This document shows, piece by piece, positions 9,450 to 18,842 of a DNA stretch of 64,000 bases. Every line of letters starts with the position of its first letter. Positions within the stretch are counted from its first letter, which is position 1. Under the pieces are notes generated by a model. That model worked only from the letters and a program-made list of their open reading frames with translations, ran no database searches and was not told where the DNA came from. This DNA is from an uncultured Verrucomicrobiota bacterium. Lineage in GTDB: Bacteria; Verrucomicrobiota; Verrucomicrobiia; Palsa-1439. The stretch covers positions 20,484 through 84,483 of the forward strand of contig CAZISE010000016.1 of the NCBI GenBank assembly GCA_964541945.1, written 5' to 3'. The position numbers were made by a program, and so were the translations under genes.

Positions 9450-10874
9450 CTAGTCCAGCCCGCCCATGTCGGCGGGCCAATCGTATTTCAGCGGCGGCGG
9501 ACATTTCTTGTCGGTCCGGAAACAGAGCGCGGGTAATCCCGCGCCGTTGACGAGGTTGGCTCCGGCCACATCATGCCAGGCAAACCGCACCTGGGTGGGG
9601 GTGGGCACCGCCTCGCTCCAGACCAGGACGGAATCCGGGCCTGCGATTTCGGCTTTTGCTGTGTGATAGACGTTGTCGGAGCCGGCCACTTCAAAGAAAG
9701 TCAGCGGTTTGCCGTTGGATGATTTGAGGCCGCCGTGGGCGTGGTCGAAGGTGATGCGCACTTTGTTGCCTTCGATGGAGTGGGCGCGGTAGACCGGTCC
9801 GTGGCAGACGATGTTGGTCATGCCATAGACGTTGTGCAACGCCAGTCGGGCCAGCCGTTCGCCGACGGGCTGTTTGTCGAGCGGGTGAGTATTGTCCTTG
9901 CGTCCGTAATCGCAGGTAAGCGCCATCCCGGAATGGGGGATGTCGAGCGCCCGTTGCATGGCCTCGCTCATCAAGGGGCGGCCAGCGCCCGGTCCCTTGT
10001 AATCGCGCGGCGCCAGTTGGGTGAAGTAGAACGGGAACGGTTGGCCGCCCCAGGCCTCGCGCCAGCCGCGGACGAGCGTCCGCAGCATCTCGTCGTACAC
10101 CGCGGCTTCGCCCACGTTGGATTCGCCCTGATACCAGATGACGCCGCGGATGGCGAACGGCGTCAATGGCGCGATCATGCCGTTGTAGAGGTGCGACAGG
10201 CCTCCGCCAAATTTCTTGTATTGTTCGCTGACGGCGTATTTACCGTCGCGGTACAGCGGTTGTTGGGCGCCATCGCGCGTCCACTGTTGGATGGCCGAGC
10301 CGCCCACGGAACTGGCGATGAGTCCGATGGGTACCTTGAGTTTTTCCTGCAAGGCGACGCCAAAATAATACGCCACCGCAGAGAATCGTCCTGACGATTC
10401 CGGGCCGCACACAGCCCATTTTGCCTTGATACTGTCCTGCGGGGTTGGCTGCACGGAGCGCGGCACCAACAGCAGGCGGATGGTCGGGTGAGCCGATTGT
10501 GCCACGATCTCTTTGCCGTGGCGTGTTGTTTGCAGTGTCATCTCCATGTTGGACTGGCCCGACGCCAACCAGACCTCGCCGACCAACACGTCGGCCAGAG
10601 TTGTCGCTCCAATCCGCAAGGGCCGGCCCTCGGCGCAGGCCGGCATCGGATCGAGTGTGACCCGCCATTTGCCGTGGGCGTCGGCGGTCGCGGTTTTTGT
10701 CTGGCCAGCGAATTCGACGAGCGCTTTTTCGCCCGGCGAGGCGGTTCCCCAGACGGGGATCGGTTGGTCTCGTTGCAGAACCATGTGATCGCTGAACACG
10801 GAGGCCGGTTTCACTTCCGCCTGCGCCGCGCCGACCAGCGCCAGGCCCATCAGAATCGCCAAGAAGAATTTCAT
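9450..10874 (-). CDS. sialate O-acetylesterase (SASA/DUF303-type SGNH esterase), secreted
   Basis: Signal peptide, then VFSDHMVLQRD.PIPVWG...GEVWLASGQSNM, the typical family N-terminus with the GQSNM catalytic block. Confidence 0.8.
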   Translation of the reverse strand: MKFFLAILMGLALVGAAQAEVKPASVFSDHMVLQRDQPIPVWGTASPGEKALVEFAGQTKTATADAHGKWRVTLDPMPACAEGRPLRIGATTLADVLVGEVWLASGQSNMEMTLQTTRHGKEIVAQSAHPTIRLLLVPRSVQPTPQDSIKAKWAVCGPESSGRFSAVAYYFGVALQEKLKVPIGLIASSVGGSAIQQWTRDGAQQPLYRDGKYAVSEQYKKFGGGLSHLYNGMIAPLTPFAIRGVIWYQGESNVGEAAVYDEMLRTLVRGWREAWGGQPFPFYFTQLAPRDYKGPGAGRPLMSEAMQRALDIPHSGMALTCDYGRKDNTHPLDKQPVGERLARLALHNVYGMTNIVCHGPVYRAHSIEGNKVRITFDHAHGGLKSSNGKPLTFFEVAGSDNVYHTAKAEIAGPDSVLVWSEAVPTPTQVRFAWHDVAGANLVNGAGLPALCFRTDKKCPPPLKYDWPADMGGLD

Positions 10875-10978
10875 GGAGTTCGGATTACATCACACCGCCC
10901 CATCCCCTGTCCAGCCATCGTCCCGCGTCGGGCGGCTTTGGGCTTGACCCCGGTGCGGCGCAATCCAATCATGCCGTC

Positions 10979-13900
10979 ATGAAACTGTGGCTGGCGATTT
11001 CTCTTCTGGCTCTCGCTTCCGTCCGCGCCGATGACCTGCCGTTCTGGGGATTGGGGCCGTTTGTCCGCGCCAGAGACGCTCGTCCGATTTTGGCGGCCAA
11101 CACCAATTCCGTCGTGGACGGCGCGCATTGGGAATCGGGCGGCGTGTACAGCCCGACGGTGGTGTTGCAGGGCGACAAACTCGCGGTGGTGTACGCCGCT
11201 CTGGATGCGCCGCCCAGCAAGGGCGGTGTCGCCCGCATCGGCCTGGCCACGGGCGCCGACGGCACCAACTTCGTCCGGGCCGCCCGTCCGGTCCTGGCCA
11301 TCGGCAACGACAAGGAACGCCTCCCGGAGTCACCCGGCGGTTGCGCCATGCCGCGTGTGGTGGAGACGGACAGCGGCGCGTATGTGATGACCTACGTGCA
11401 ACGCGGCGGCCAGCGCCCACGTCTGGCCGTGGCCAGCTCGACCGATCTGGTCAAATGGGAAAAACATGGGCCTGCCTTTGCCGACCTCAAATCGTTGTCG
11501 CTGCCGCCGGGCGCGGGCGTGATTGTGACGCGACTGGTCAATGGACGGCTCGTGGCCGCCAAGCTTGGCGGACGTTACTGGATGTACTGGGGCGAAGGTG
11601 ACATCCGTCTGGCCGTGTCCACCGACCTACTACATTGGTCGGCGCTGCCGGAGGTCGTGCTGGCTCCGCGTCCGGAGGAGTTTGACAGCGAAGGATTGTT
11701 GCCGGGCGCGGCGGTGGTGACCGAACGCGGGTTGCTGCTTTTCTACAGCGGTCGCTCCAAAAACGTTATCGCGTCGGGACAAGCCCTGTTTGATCCGTCG
11801 CAGCCGGGACGGCTGTTGTTGCGCGCCAAAGCGCCGGCGCTGCGTCCCGAAACAATGTTTGAGCGGAGCCGACGCGGCGACAATGTGGCCGCCATCAGTG
11901 GTGTTGTGCCTTTCCAGAAACAGTGGATCGCCGTTTACGCCGCCGCCAACGGCTCCGTCGGACTGGCCACCTTCAACCCGGCGGATGTCTGGACGGCGCG
12001 CAATCCCGGCCTGACCGAGCCGCAGGACCCGGCGACGTTGCCGACGGCGAAAACGCCTCCAAGCCCGCCCCGGACGAAAACCGTTCGTGTCAGCGACGAG
12101 ACCCGCGCCGACGGCGCGGTGGCGTTGCGGGCCGGTTGGCGCCTGGCCGAGGCGCCCAAGGTGAATGCCGACGGCGCGGCCATCTCAAAACCGGGTTTTG
12201 ACGACGCGGCTTGGTGGCCGGCCACCGTGCCGGGAACGGTATTGACGACGTTGGTGGACCAGGGCGTCCACCCGGACCCGTACTACGGTCTCAACAACAT
12301 GGCCATTCCGGAAACGCTGAACAAACAACCTTACTGGTACCGTCTTTCCTTCCGCATTCCGCCGGCGATGTCGCAACGCAAAATCTGGCTGCAGTTCGAC
12401 GGCATCAATTATCGCGCCGATTTCTGGCTCAACGGCGCGGCGCTCGGCTCGGTCACCGGCGCGTTCATGCGAGCGGCGTTCGATGTGTCGGGTCTGGTAA
12501 CGCGCGACGGCGAGAACGTGTTGGCGGTGAAAATCGCGCCGCCGCCCCATCCCGGTATCCCGCACGAGCAATCGCTGAAAGCGGGACCGGGACCGAACGG
12601 CGGTCAGCTTTGCAAGGATGGACCGACATTTGTCTGCACGGAAGGTTGGGACTGGATTCCCGGCATCCGCGACCGTTGCGCCGGTATCTGGCAGGATGTG
12701 TTGTTGCGCGGCAGCGGTCCGGTGACGCTGGGCGATCCGCAGGTGGTGACCCGATTGCCGCTGCCCGAGCTGGCTCCGGCGGAGGTGTTTGTCAGTATCG
12801 AAGCAGTCAATCACACCGACCAGCCACAATCCGGGCTTGTCCGCGGCAGCTTTGAAGGAGCCACCTTCGAGCAAAAAGTCGCGCTGGCGCCCCGCGAAAA
12901 ACGACTGGTGAGCTTCGTGCCGGAGACGTTCCCGTCGTTGCGCCTGTCCAAACCGCGTCTCTGGTGGCCCAACGGCTACGGCAAACAGGAGTTGTACCGC
13001 CTCAACATCGCGTTTCTCGACGAGACCATGCGCGAGAGCGATCGCCGGTTGACCCGTTTCGGCATTCGCGAGTTGTCCTACGAGTTAACCGTCCAAACAC
13101 CGCTGCCGGACTGGAAACTCCAACGCATCGAATACACACCCACTGCCGAGCGCCAACGCAAGGAAGCCGCCGTGGATGTCCGCCACGACGCTCTCTGGCC
13201 GACCGGTTTCGAAGGCAGCGGCGTGCCCACTCTCCGCACCAACTCACCCGCCGTCCGTCTCCTGCCTGCCGAAACCGCCCCGCCGCATCTCGTCATCAAG
13301 GTCAACGGCCAGCGCATCTTCATCCGTGGCGGCAACTGGGGCATGGACGACGCGCTCAAACGTGTTTCCCGCGAAAAACTCGAACCGTACATCCGCCTGC
13401 ACCGCGATGCCAATCTGACCATGATCCGTAACTGGGTCGGACAAAGCACCTCGGAGACGTTTTACGAGCTGTGCGACGAGTACGGCCTGCTCGTGTGGAG
13501 CGATTTCTGGCTCTCCACCGTCAACTGGAACCTCGATCCCGACGACAACCGATTGTTCCTCGAAAACGCCGCTGACACCATCCGCCGGCACCGCAACCAC
13601 CCCTCGCTGGCCATCTGGTGCGGACGCAACGAAGGCATTCCTTCGCCCGTCCTCAACGAAGTGCTCTGGCAGTTGATCCACGAAATGGACGGCACCCGTT
13701 ACTACCAGCCCGATTCGCGCCGGGTTAGCGCCATGCCGAGCGGCCCGTGGGATTACCGACCGCCCGACGCCTATGCCCGGCTGGCCCGCGGTTTCAACTC
13801 CGAACTCGGCACTCCCTCGGTGCCCGAAGCCGAGGTCATGCGCTCCTTCATCCCGCCCTCGGAACAATGGCCGATCTCCGATACCTGGGCCTACCACGAC

Positions 13901-14773
13901 TGGCACACCAGCGGCGGCGGCAACTGCTGGAAATACTACGACGGCATCACTGCCCGTTTCGGTCCGCCGGCCAACCTCGATGATTTCTGTCGCAAAGCCC
14001 AAATGGTCAATTACGAGAGTCACCGCGCCATGTTCGAGGCTTGGAACGCCCGCCTCTGGAAACCGTGCAGCGGCCTGCTCGCCTGGATGAGCCACCCGTC
14101 CTGGCCCAGCCTCAACTGGCAGTTCTACACCTGGGACTACGATACCCACGCCTCCTACCACGCCGTTCGCAAAGCCTGCGAACCGGTCCACATCCAACTC
14201 GACCAACCCGACGGCACCCTCACCATCGTCAACACCACATTGGCGCCGTTGAAAAACCTCAAAACCGTTGCCACCGCCTACAGTCTTCAGGCCAAACCAC
14301 TGGCCAACGTCGCCTTCACCGCCGACGCACCTGCCAACGCCGCCGTCACGCTGGGCAAAGCGCCCGCGCTACCCGCCTCGACCAACGCGCCTGCCTACCT
14401 CCTGCGTCTCAAACTCCTTCAGGACGACACGCTCCTGTCGCAAAACGACTACTGGCTCGCCGACCAACCGGGCAAACTCCAGCAACTCAACCTTCTGCCC
14501 CCCGTCACCCTTCAGGGCCGCATCAAAACCACCGGCAACCTCGTAACCGTCCACCTCAACAACACCTCCGTCCATCCCGCCCTCATGATTCGACTCACCC
14601 TCCGCGACTCCAAAACTGGCGAGCGCATCCTGCCCGTTTTTTACAGCGACAACTACTTCTCGCTTCTGCCCGGCGACCCGCGTGTCGTCACCATCGAATC
14701 GCCCAAGCCGCTTCCCGCCAACATCAGCGTCACCGTCCACGGCTGGAACATCCAACCCGCCACCTTCCAATGA
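10979..14773 (+). CDS. 1264-aa secreted fusion: N-terminal GH130/DUF377-like beta-propeller glycosidase domain plus C-terminal GH2 (beta-mannosidase / exo-glucosaminidase-like) enzyme
   Basis: Signal peptide MKLWLAISLLALASVRA. Residues ~30-340 have five-bladed-propeller-type blocks (GGVYSPTVV..GDK, RIGLATGADG, YWMYWGEGDIRLAVSTDLLHW). From ~aa 400 there are GH2 blocks (WWPATVPGTVLTTLV, IWLQFDGINYRADFWLNG, IRNWVGQ...ELCDEYGLLVWSDFW, WCGRNEG). The GH130 assignment is weaker than the GH2 one. Confidence 0.75.
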   Translation: MKLWLAISLLALASVRADDLPFWGLGPFVRARDARPILAANTNSVVDGAHWESGGVYSPTVVLQGDKLAVVYAALDAPPSKGGVARIGLATGADGTNFVRAARPVLAIGNDKERLPESPGGCAMPRVVETDSGAYVMTYVQRGGQRPRLAVASSTDLVKWEKHGPAFADLKSLSLPPGAGVIVTRLVNGRLVAAKLGGRYWMYWGEGDIRLAVSTDLLHWSALPEVVLAPRPEEFDSEGLLPGAAVVTERGLLLFYSGRSKNVIASGQALFDPSQPGRLLLRAKAPALRPETMFERSRRGDNVAAISGVVPFQKQWIAVYAAANGSVGLATFNPADVWTARNPGLTEPQDPATLPTAKTPPSPPRTKTVRVSDETRADGAVALRAGWRLAEAPKVNADGAAISKPGFDDAAWWPATVPGTVLTTLVDQGVHPDPYYGLNNMAIPETLNKQPYWYRLSFRIPPAMSQRKIWLQFDGINYRADFWLNGAALGSVTGAFMRAAFDVSGLVTRDGENVLAVKIAPPPHPGIPHEQSLKAGPGPNGGQLCKDGPTFVCTEGWDWIPGIRDRCAGIWQDVLLRGSGPVTLGDPQVVTRLPLPELAPAEVFVSIEAVNHTDQPQSGLVRGSFEGATFEQKVALAPREKRLVSFVPETFPSLRLSKPRLWWPNGYGKQELYRLNIAFLDETMRESDRRLTRFGIRELSYELTVQTPLPDWKLQRIEYTPTAERQRKEAAVDVRHDALWPTGFEGSGVPTLRTNSPAVRLLPAETAPPHLVIKVNGQRIFIRGGNWGMDDALKRVSREKLEPYIRLHRDANLTMIRNWVGQSTSETFYELCDEYGLLVWSDFWLSTVNWNLDPDDNRLFLENAADTIRRHRNHPSLAIWCGRNEGIPSPVLNEVLWQLIHEMDGTRYYQPDSRRVSAMPSGPWDYRPPDAYARLARGFNSELGTPSVPEAEVMRSFIPPSEQWPISDTWAYHDWHTSGGGNCWKYYDGITARFGPPANLDDFCRKAQMVNYESHRAMFEAWNARLWKPCSGLLAWMSHPSWPSLNWQFYTWDYDTHASYHAVRKACEPVHIQLDQPDGTLTIVNTTLAPLKNLKTVATAYSLQAKPLANVAFTADAPANAAVTLGKAPALPASTNAPAYLLRLKLLQDDTLLSQNDYWLADQPGKLQQLNLLPPVTLQGRIKTTGNLVTVHLNNTSVHPALMIRLTLRDSKTGERILPVFYSDNYFSLLPGDPRVVTIESPKPLPANISVTVHGWNIQPATFQ

Positions 14774-14806
14774 AACCCGCCACAAACGGCATCAAGGCCC
14801 ACTACA

Positions 14807-15157
14807 ATGTCCACAGACACAAAAACTCTCAGTGACGCACTAGCGCTCATGCTCACACTGCCCTTCTTGATGTGTGGGGTGATGCTCATCTTGGAAGGAT
14901 TCTGGATATGCATGCTCGTCCATTGCGCAACCAATCAGAACCTGGATGGCAACGACAAACTGGTTTGGGCTCTAATTGTCCTATTTGCAAACTGGATCGG
15001 CGCATTGATCTATTGTTTCGTGCAACTTCCCAAAAAACAGGCCGTCGCACCTACAGTTCTGCGCCCCCCGCCGGTGATCCCAGCGCCCCCGCCACTGACG
15101 CCTGAAGACCCCACAAGAAGTACTATGAGAACTATGGAAAGAAATAACGCGGCTTGA
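14807..15157 (+). CDS. small membrane protein with PLD-nuclease N-terminal (PLDc_N)-like motif
   Basis: Two hydrophobic helices, the second with KLVWALIVLFANWIGALIYCF, which resembles the PLDc_N signature. Proline-rich tail. Confidence 0.5.
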   Translation: MSTDTKTLSDALALMLTLPFLMCGVMLILEGFWICMLVHCATNQNLDGNDKLVWALIVLFANWIGALIYCFVQLPKKQAVAPTVLRPPPVIPAPPPLTPEDPTRSTMRTMERNNAA

Positions 15158-15777
15158 CTTCGCAGTGCAGGAACTGTGCTTGAAATCGGCGGTGTTGTCA
15201 GCAGCAGTGCCATGAAAACGGCGGCAAAGTAATTTTCGGTGAACGCCAAAGGCGGTCATCGGTGCAACCCACCGCTACGAGTCTATCATGCAAGACCTGT
15301 ACGACTTGGTCGGTAACAACCGAGCGTGGGGATGAGCCTGACCGTCAGTCTCACCAATATGAAACGCCACCTTGAACGCGATGGCCTCCGTCCGAACACG
15401 ACCACCACGTCCTCGCCATCGGGGTTCGCAACCACTGATCCATGCGCAACAAACTGCGCAGAGCAAAGAAAACCCGCCCTATGACACCCCCATCACCTCC
15501 TTGTCTGACTCTGGAAGCTCCTTGGTCTCGGTGAGCACAACTCTTCCTCGACAAGAAAACCAAAGAAAAGCTGCGACACCACACCGCTGCTTCACATTAC
15601 GCCACTTCCGCATCCGGCGTCGCACAAAAGAAAAAAGAAATCCGCCCACCAGCTCAAACCTTAATTCGAGGAAGTTCTGGAAAGATTTCTCGAAGCTTGT
15701 AAAGCTCGCGCAACCAGTCAATAATGTCACTCATGGTTCTAACATGCGCGCTTTTGGCGTGCCAATGAAACTCGCCC

Positions 15778-16872
15778 ATGAAACGCATCCAACGAATCGG
15801 CATCCTCACCGGCGGCGGCGACGCGCCGGGTCTGAACGCCGTCGTGCGCGGCGTTGTGAAAGCCGCCATTCACACCCACGGCTGGCAGGTCTATGGTTTC
15901 TACGACGCCTTTCGCGGGCTGGTCACCGGCCGCGGCAAATGGCTTCGCTGGGATGACGTCTCCGGCATCCTCACCCAGGGCGGCACCATCCTCGGCACCA
16001 CCAACCGCGACAATCCGTTCGATTACGTGGACGACCATCGTTACCCCGACAAACGCCGAGACGCCTCCGATGACGTGGTCCGCCACTACCGCGAACTCAA
16101 GCTCGACGCCCTTGTGGCCGTTGGCGGCGACGGCACGCTCAAATGCGGTTACCAAATGTCGCAACTCGGCCTGCGCATCGTTGGCGTCCCCAAAACGATT
16201 GACAACGACGTGCGCGGCACCGAGATGACCTTCGGCTTCAACACCGCCATGACCACCGCGACCGAGGCGGTGGACAAACTCCACACCACCGCCTTCTCTC
16301 ATCATCGTGTCATGCTGCTGGAAGTCATGGGCCGCACCGCCGGTTGGCTTGCGCTCGGCAGTGGTATTGCTGGCGGTGGCGACGTGATTCTCATTCCCGA
16401 AATTCCCTACCGGCTCGAGGTCATCTGCGAAGCCATTCGTGCCCGGCAACGACGGGGCAAACATTTCAGCATCATCGTCGTCAGCGAAGGCGCCAAACCG
16501 CTCGGTGGCAACGTCGTGATTCGCCAAATGGTGGCCGGCTCTCCCGAAGCCGTCCGGCTCGGCGGCATCTCCGCGGTGTTGGCCAAACAAATCGAGGAAT
16601 GTTCCGGCGTCGAGACTCGCTACACCATTCTCGGTCATCTCCAACGCGGCGGCGCGCCGTCGCCATTCGACCGCTACCTGGCGACCCAGTTTGCCACCAG
16701 CGCCGTTGAACTGCTCGCGCAGGGACAGTTCAACCGGATGGTCTGCGTCCGACAGGGTCGCATCAGCAGTGTTCCGCTCAGCATCCCCGGCAAAGCCCCG
16801 CGCGTGGTTGACCCCAACTCCCCGGCCATCCGCATGGCTCGCTCTCTCGGCGTCAGTTTCGGCGACGAATGA
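15778..16872 (+). CDS. pfkA: ATP-dependent 6-phosphofructokinase
   Basis: IGILTGGGDAPGLNAV, VAVGGDGTL (the GGDG form is associated with ATP dependence), PKTIDND, MGR.AGWLAL. Confidence 0.9.
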   Translation: MKRIQRIGILTGGGDAPGLNAVVRGVVKAAIHTHGWQVYGFYDAFRGLVTGRGKWLRWDDVSGILTQGGTILGTTNRDNPFDYVDDHRYPDKRRDASDDVVRHYRELKLDALVAVGGDGTLKCGYQMSQLGLRIVGVPKTIDNDVRGTEMTFGFNTAMTTATEAVDKLHTTAFSHHRVMLLEVMGRTAGWLALGSGIAGGGDVILIPEIPYRLEVICEAIRARQRRGKHFSIIVVSEGAKPLGGNVVIRQMVAGSPEAVRLGGISAVLAKQIEECSGVETRYTILGHLQRGGAPSPFDRYLATQFATSAVELLAQGQFNRMVCVRQGRISSVPLSIPGKAPRVVDPNSPAIRMARSLGVSFGDE

Positions 16873-17804
16873 ATCGCATCGTCCCGCCAACTGCAGAGAA
16901 CATCGCGCGCGCCGCGGCGATTCTGCGCGCCGGCGGGCTGGTGGCGTTTCCGACCGAAACGGTGTACGGACTCGGCGCCAATGCGCTCGATCCGGCGGCC
17001 GTCCGCAACGTCTTTGTCGCCAAAGAACGTCCCGACTGGGACCCGCTCATCGTTCACGTCAGCGGACTCGCGATGGCGCGGCGGCTGACAATTCAGGAGC
17101 TGCCGTCGGAATTGACGCAGCGGTTTTGGCCGGGCCCGTTGACGTTGGTGGTGCGGAAAGCGGCTTGTGTGCCGGACGAAGTGACAGCGCGCCGGCCAAC
17201 GGTCGCGCTGCGGATGCCGCGGCACCCGGTCGCGCAGGCGTTGCTGGCCGCCGCCCAATGCCCGATTGCCGCGCCGAGCGCCAATCGGTTCGGGCGCCCC
17301 AGCCCGACACGCGCCGAACATGTGGCCGCCGACCTCGGTGAGCGGGTGGAATTGATTCTCGACGGCGGGCCGACAGAACTGGGCGTGGAATCCACCGTGC
17401 TGGACCTGACACAATCGCCGCCGGTGATTTTGCGTCCGGGCGGGGTCACACGGGAACAACTCGGCGGTTTGCGACTGGCTGGCGGCGTGGCGGAGGAAGT
17501 CGCCGCCAAAGGGCTGGCCGGGCCGGGCATGACGGTGCGGCATTACGCCCCGCGGGCGGCCGTGGAATTGTTCGAGGACGAAACGGCCATGCAAGCGCGC
17601 GCCGGGCAATTATGCGGTCGGCGGGTTGGTGTACTGGTTCCGACGGCGGAAAATCTTTACGCGGAAATGCGGCGGCTGGAGGCGGAGGGTGTGGAAGTGA
17701 TTTTGTGTTTGTTGCCGCCGCCGACGGGAGTGGGGCTGGCGGTTCGTGACCGGTTGTGTCGGGCGGCCGGTTGCGGGCTTGCAGAAGAGGAGCGAAGCGG
17801 CTAG
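16869..17804 (+). CDS. L-threonylcarbamoyladenylate synthase (Sua5/YrdC/TsaC family, long form)
   Basis: LRAGGLVAFPTETVYGLGANA...VF.AKERP..DPLIVHV, SANRFG. About 310 aa, implying a Sua5 C-terminal domain. ATGA overlap with pfkA (16869-16872). Confidence 0.85.
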   Translation: MNRIVPPTAENIARAAAILRAGGLVAFPTETVYGLGANALDPAAVRNVFVAKERPDWDPLIVHVSGLAMARRLTIQELPSELTQRFWPGPLTLVVRKAACVPDEVTARRPTVALRMPRHPVAQALLAAAQCPIAAPSANRFGRPSPTRAEHVAADLGERVELILDGGPTELGVESTVLDLTQSPPVILRPGGVTREQLGGLRLAGGVAEEVAAKGLAGPGMTVRHYAPRAAVELFEDETAMQARAGQLCGRRVGVLVPTAENLYAEMRRLEAEGVEVILCLLPPPTGVGLAVRDRLCRAAGCGLAEEERSG

Positions 17805-17822
17805 AGTCCCGCCCGACGCTGC

Positions 17823-17912
17823 GGAGGGGTGGCAGAGCGGTTTAATGCGCACGCCTGGAGAGCGTGTGGGGTCGAAAGGCCCTCGGGAGTTCGAATCTCC
17901 CCCCCTCCGCCA
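17823..17912 (+). tRNA. tRNA-Ser (anticodon GGA), type II with long variable arm, CCA encoded
   Basis: Hand-folded. Acceptor GGAGGGG/CCCCTCC; D stem GCA/TGC; anticodon stem CACGC/GCGTG with loop CTGGAGA (anticodon GGA); variable arm GGGGTCGAAAGGCCCTC; T arm GGGAG-TTCGAAT-CTCCC; discriminator G plus CCA. Confidence 0.9.
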
Positions 17913-17936
17913 TTTTTTCAGGAGGCATTGTTTACC

Positions 17937-18842
17937 ATGAAACCAACGTTATTGGTCCTGGCCGCCGGCATGGGTAGCCGTTACGGCGGGCTGAAACAGG
18001 TGGACCCCGTCGGGCCGAACGGCGAGACCATCATTGACTATTGCATTTACGACGCGATACGGGCGGGTTTCGGCAAGGTGGTGTTTGTGATCCGCCACGA
18101 CATCGAGACGGCTTTTCGCGAGGCGGTTGGGGCGCGTTTTGAGAAGCGCCTGCCCGTGGAGTACGTTTTTCAGGAGCTTGACAAGGTTCCCGCCGGGTTT
18201 GTCGTGCCGGCAGGACGAAAAAAGCCGTGGGGCACGGCTCACGCGATTCTGATGGCCGAGGAGGCAATCCGCGAGCCGTTTGCGATGATTAATGCCGACG
18301 ATTTTTACGGCGCCGATTCTTTTCGCGTGCTCGGTGGGTTCCTTGCGAACTCGCGCTCGGACAGCACGGACTACGCGATGGTCGGGTTCATCCTGCGCAA
18401 CACGCTCAGCGAACATGGCACCGTCTCGCGCGGTGTCTGCCGCGTCAACGCGCAGAACATGTTGCAGCAGGTGGTCGAGATGCTCAAGATCGAGAAGCAC
18501 GGAATCGCCGCCCGCAACCTCGACGGCAAGGGCGGTTTCGAGCCGTTGACGGGCGACGAGTATTGTTCGATGAACATGTGGGGGTTCACGCCGACGTTGT
18601 TTCCGTTTCTGCGCGAGGAGTTCACCCGGTTTCTCCGGGCGCACGGCCAGGAAGAGAAAAGCGAGTGTCTGATTCCGACGGCCGTCAATCACCTCGTCAC
18701 CAGCGGACGCGCGACGGTAAAGGTGCTGCCCACGCAATCGGCGTGGTTCGGCGTGACCTATCAGGAGGATCGCCCCAAGGTGCAGGAGAGCATCCGCGCC
18801 CTCATCCGGCGCGGCGAGTATCCGGAAAAGTTGTGGCCATAA
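17937..18842 (+). CDS. sugar-phosphate nucleotidyltransferase family protein
   Basis: Start reset to ATG 17937, after the tRNA (the track ORF overlapped it). N-terminal LVLAAGMGSRYGG.K NTP-transferase motif. Confidence 0.7.
   Translation: MKPTLLVLAAGMGSRYGGLKQVDPVGPNGETIIDYCIYDAIRAGFGKVVFVIRHDIETAFREAVGARFEKRLPVEYVFQELDKVPAGFVVPAGRKKPWGTAHAILMAEEAIREPFAMINADDFYGADSFRVLGGFLANSRSDSTDYAMVGFILRNTLSEHGTVSRGVCRVNAQNMLQQVVEMLKIEKHGIAARNLDGKGGFEPLTGDEYCSMNMWGFTPTLFPFLREEFTRFLRAHGQEEKSECLIPTAVNHLVTSGRATVKVLPTQSAWFGVTYQEDRPKVQESIRALIRRGEYPEKLWP

Noticed and set aside
15654-15733. 26-codon ORF (MSDIIDWLRELYKLREIFPELPRIKV) and other mini-ORFs in the 15158-15777 gap.
   Set aside because: They are too short and lack an RBS or any comparative support, so they cannot be called as genes from the sequence alone. 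Mentioned only within the finding about the gap.
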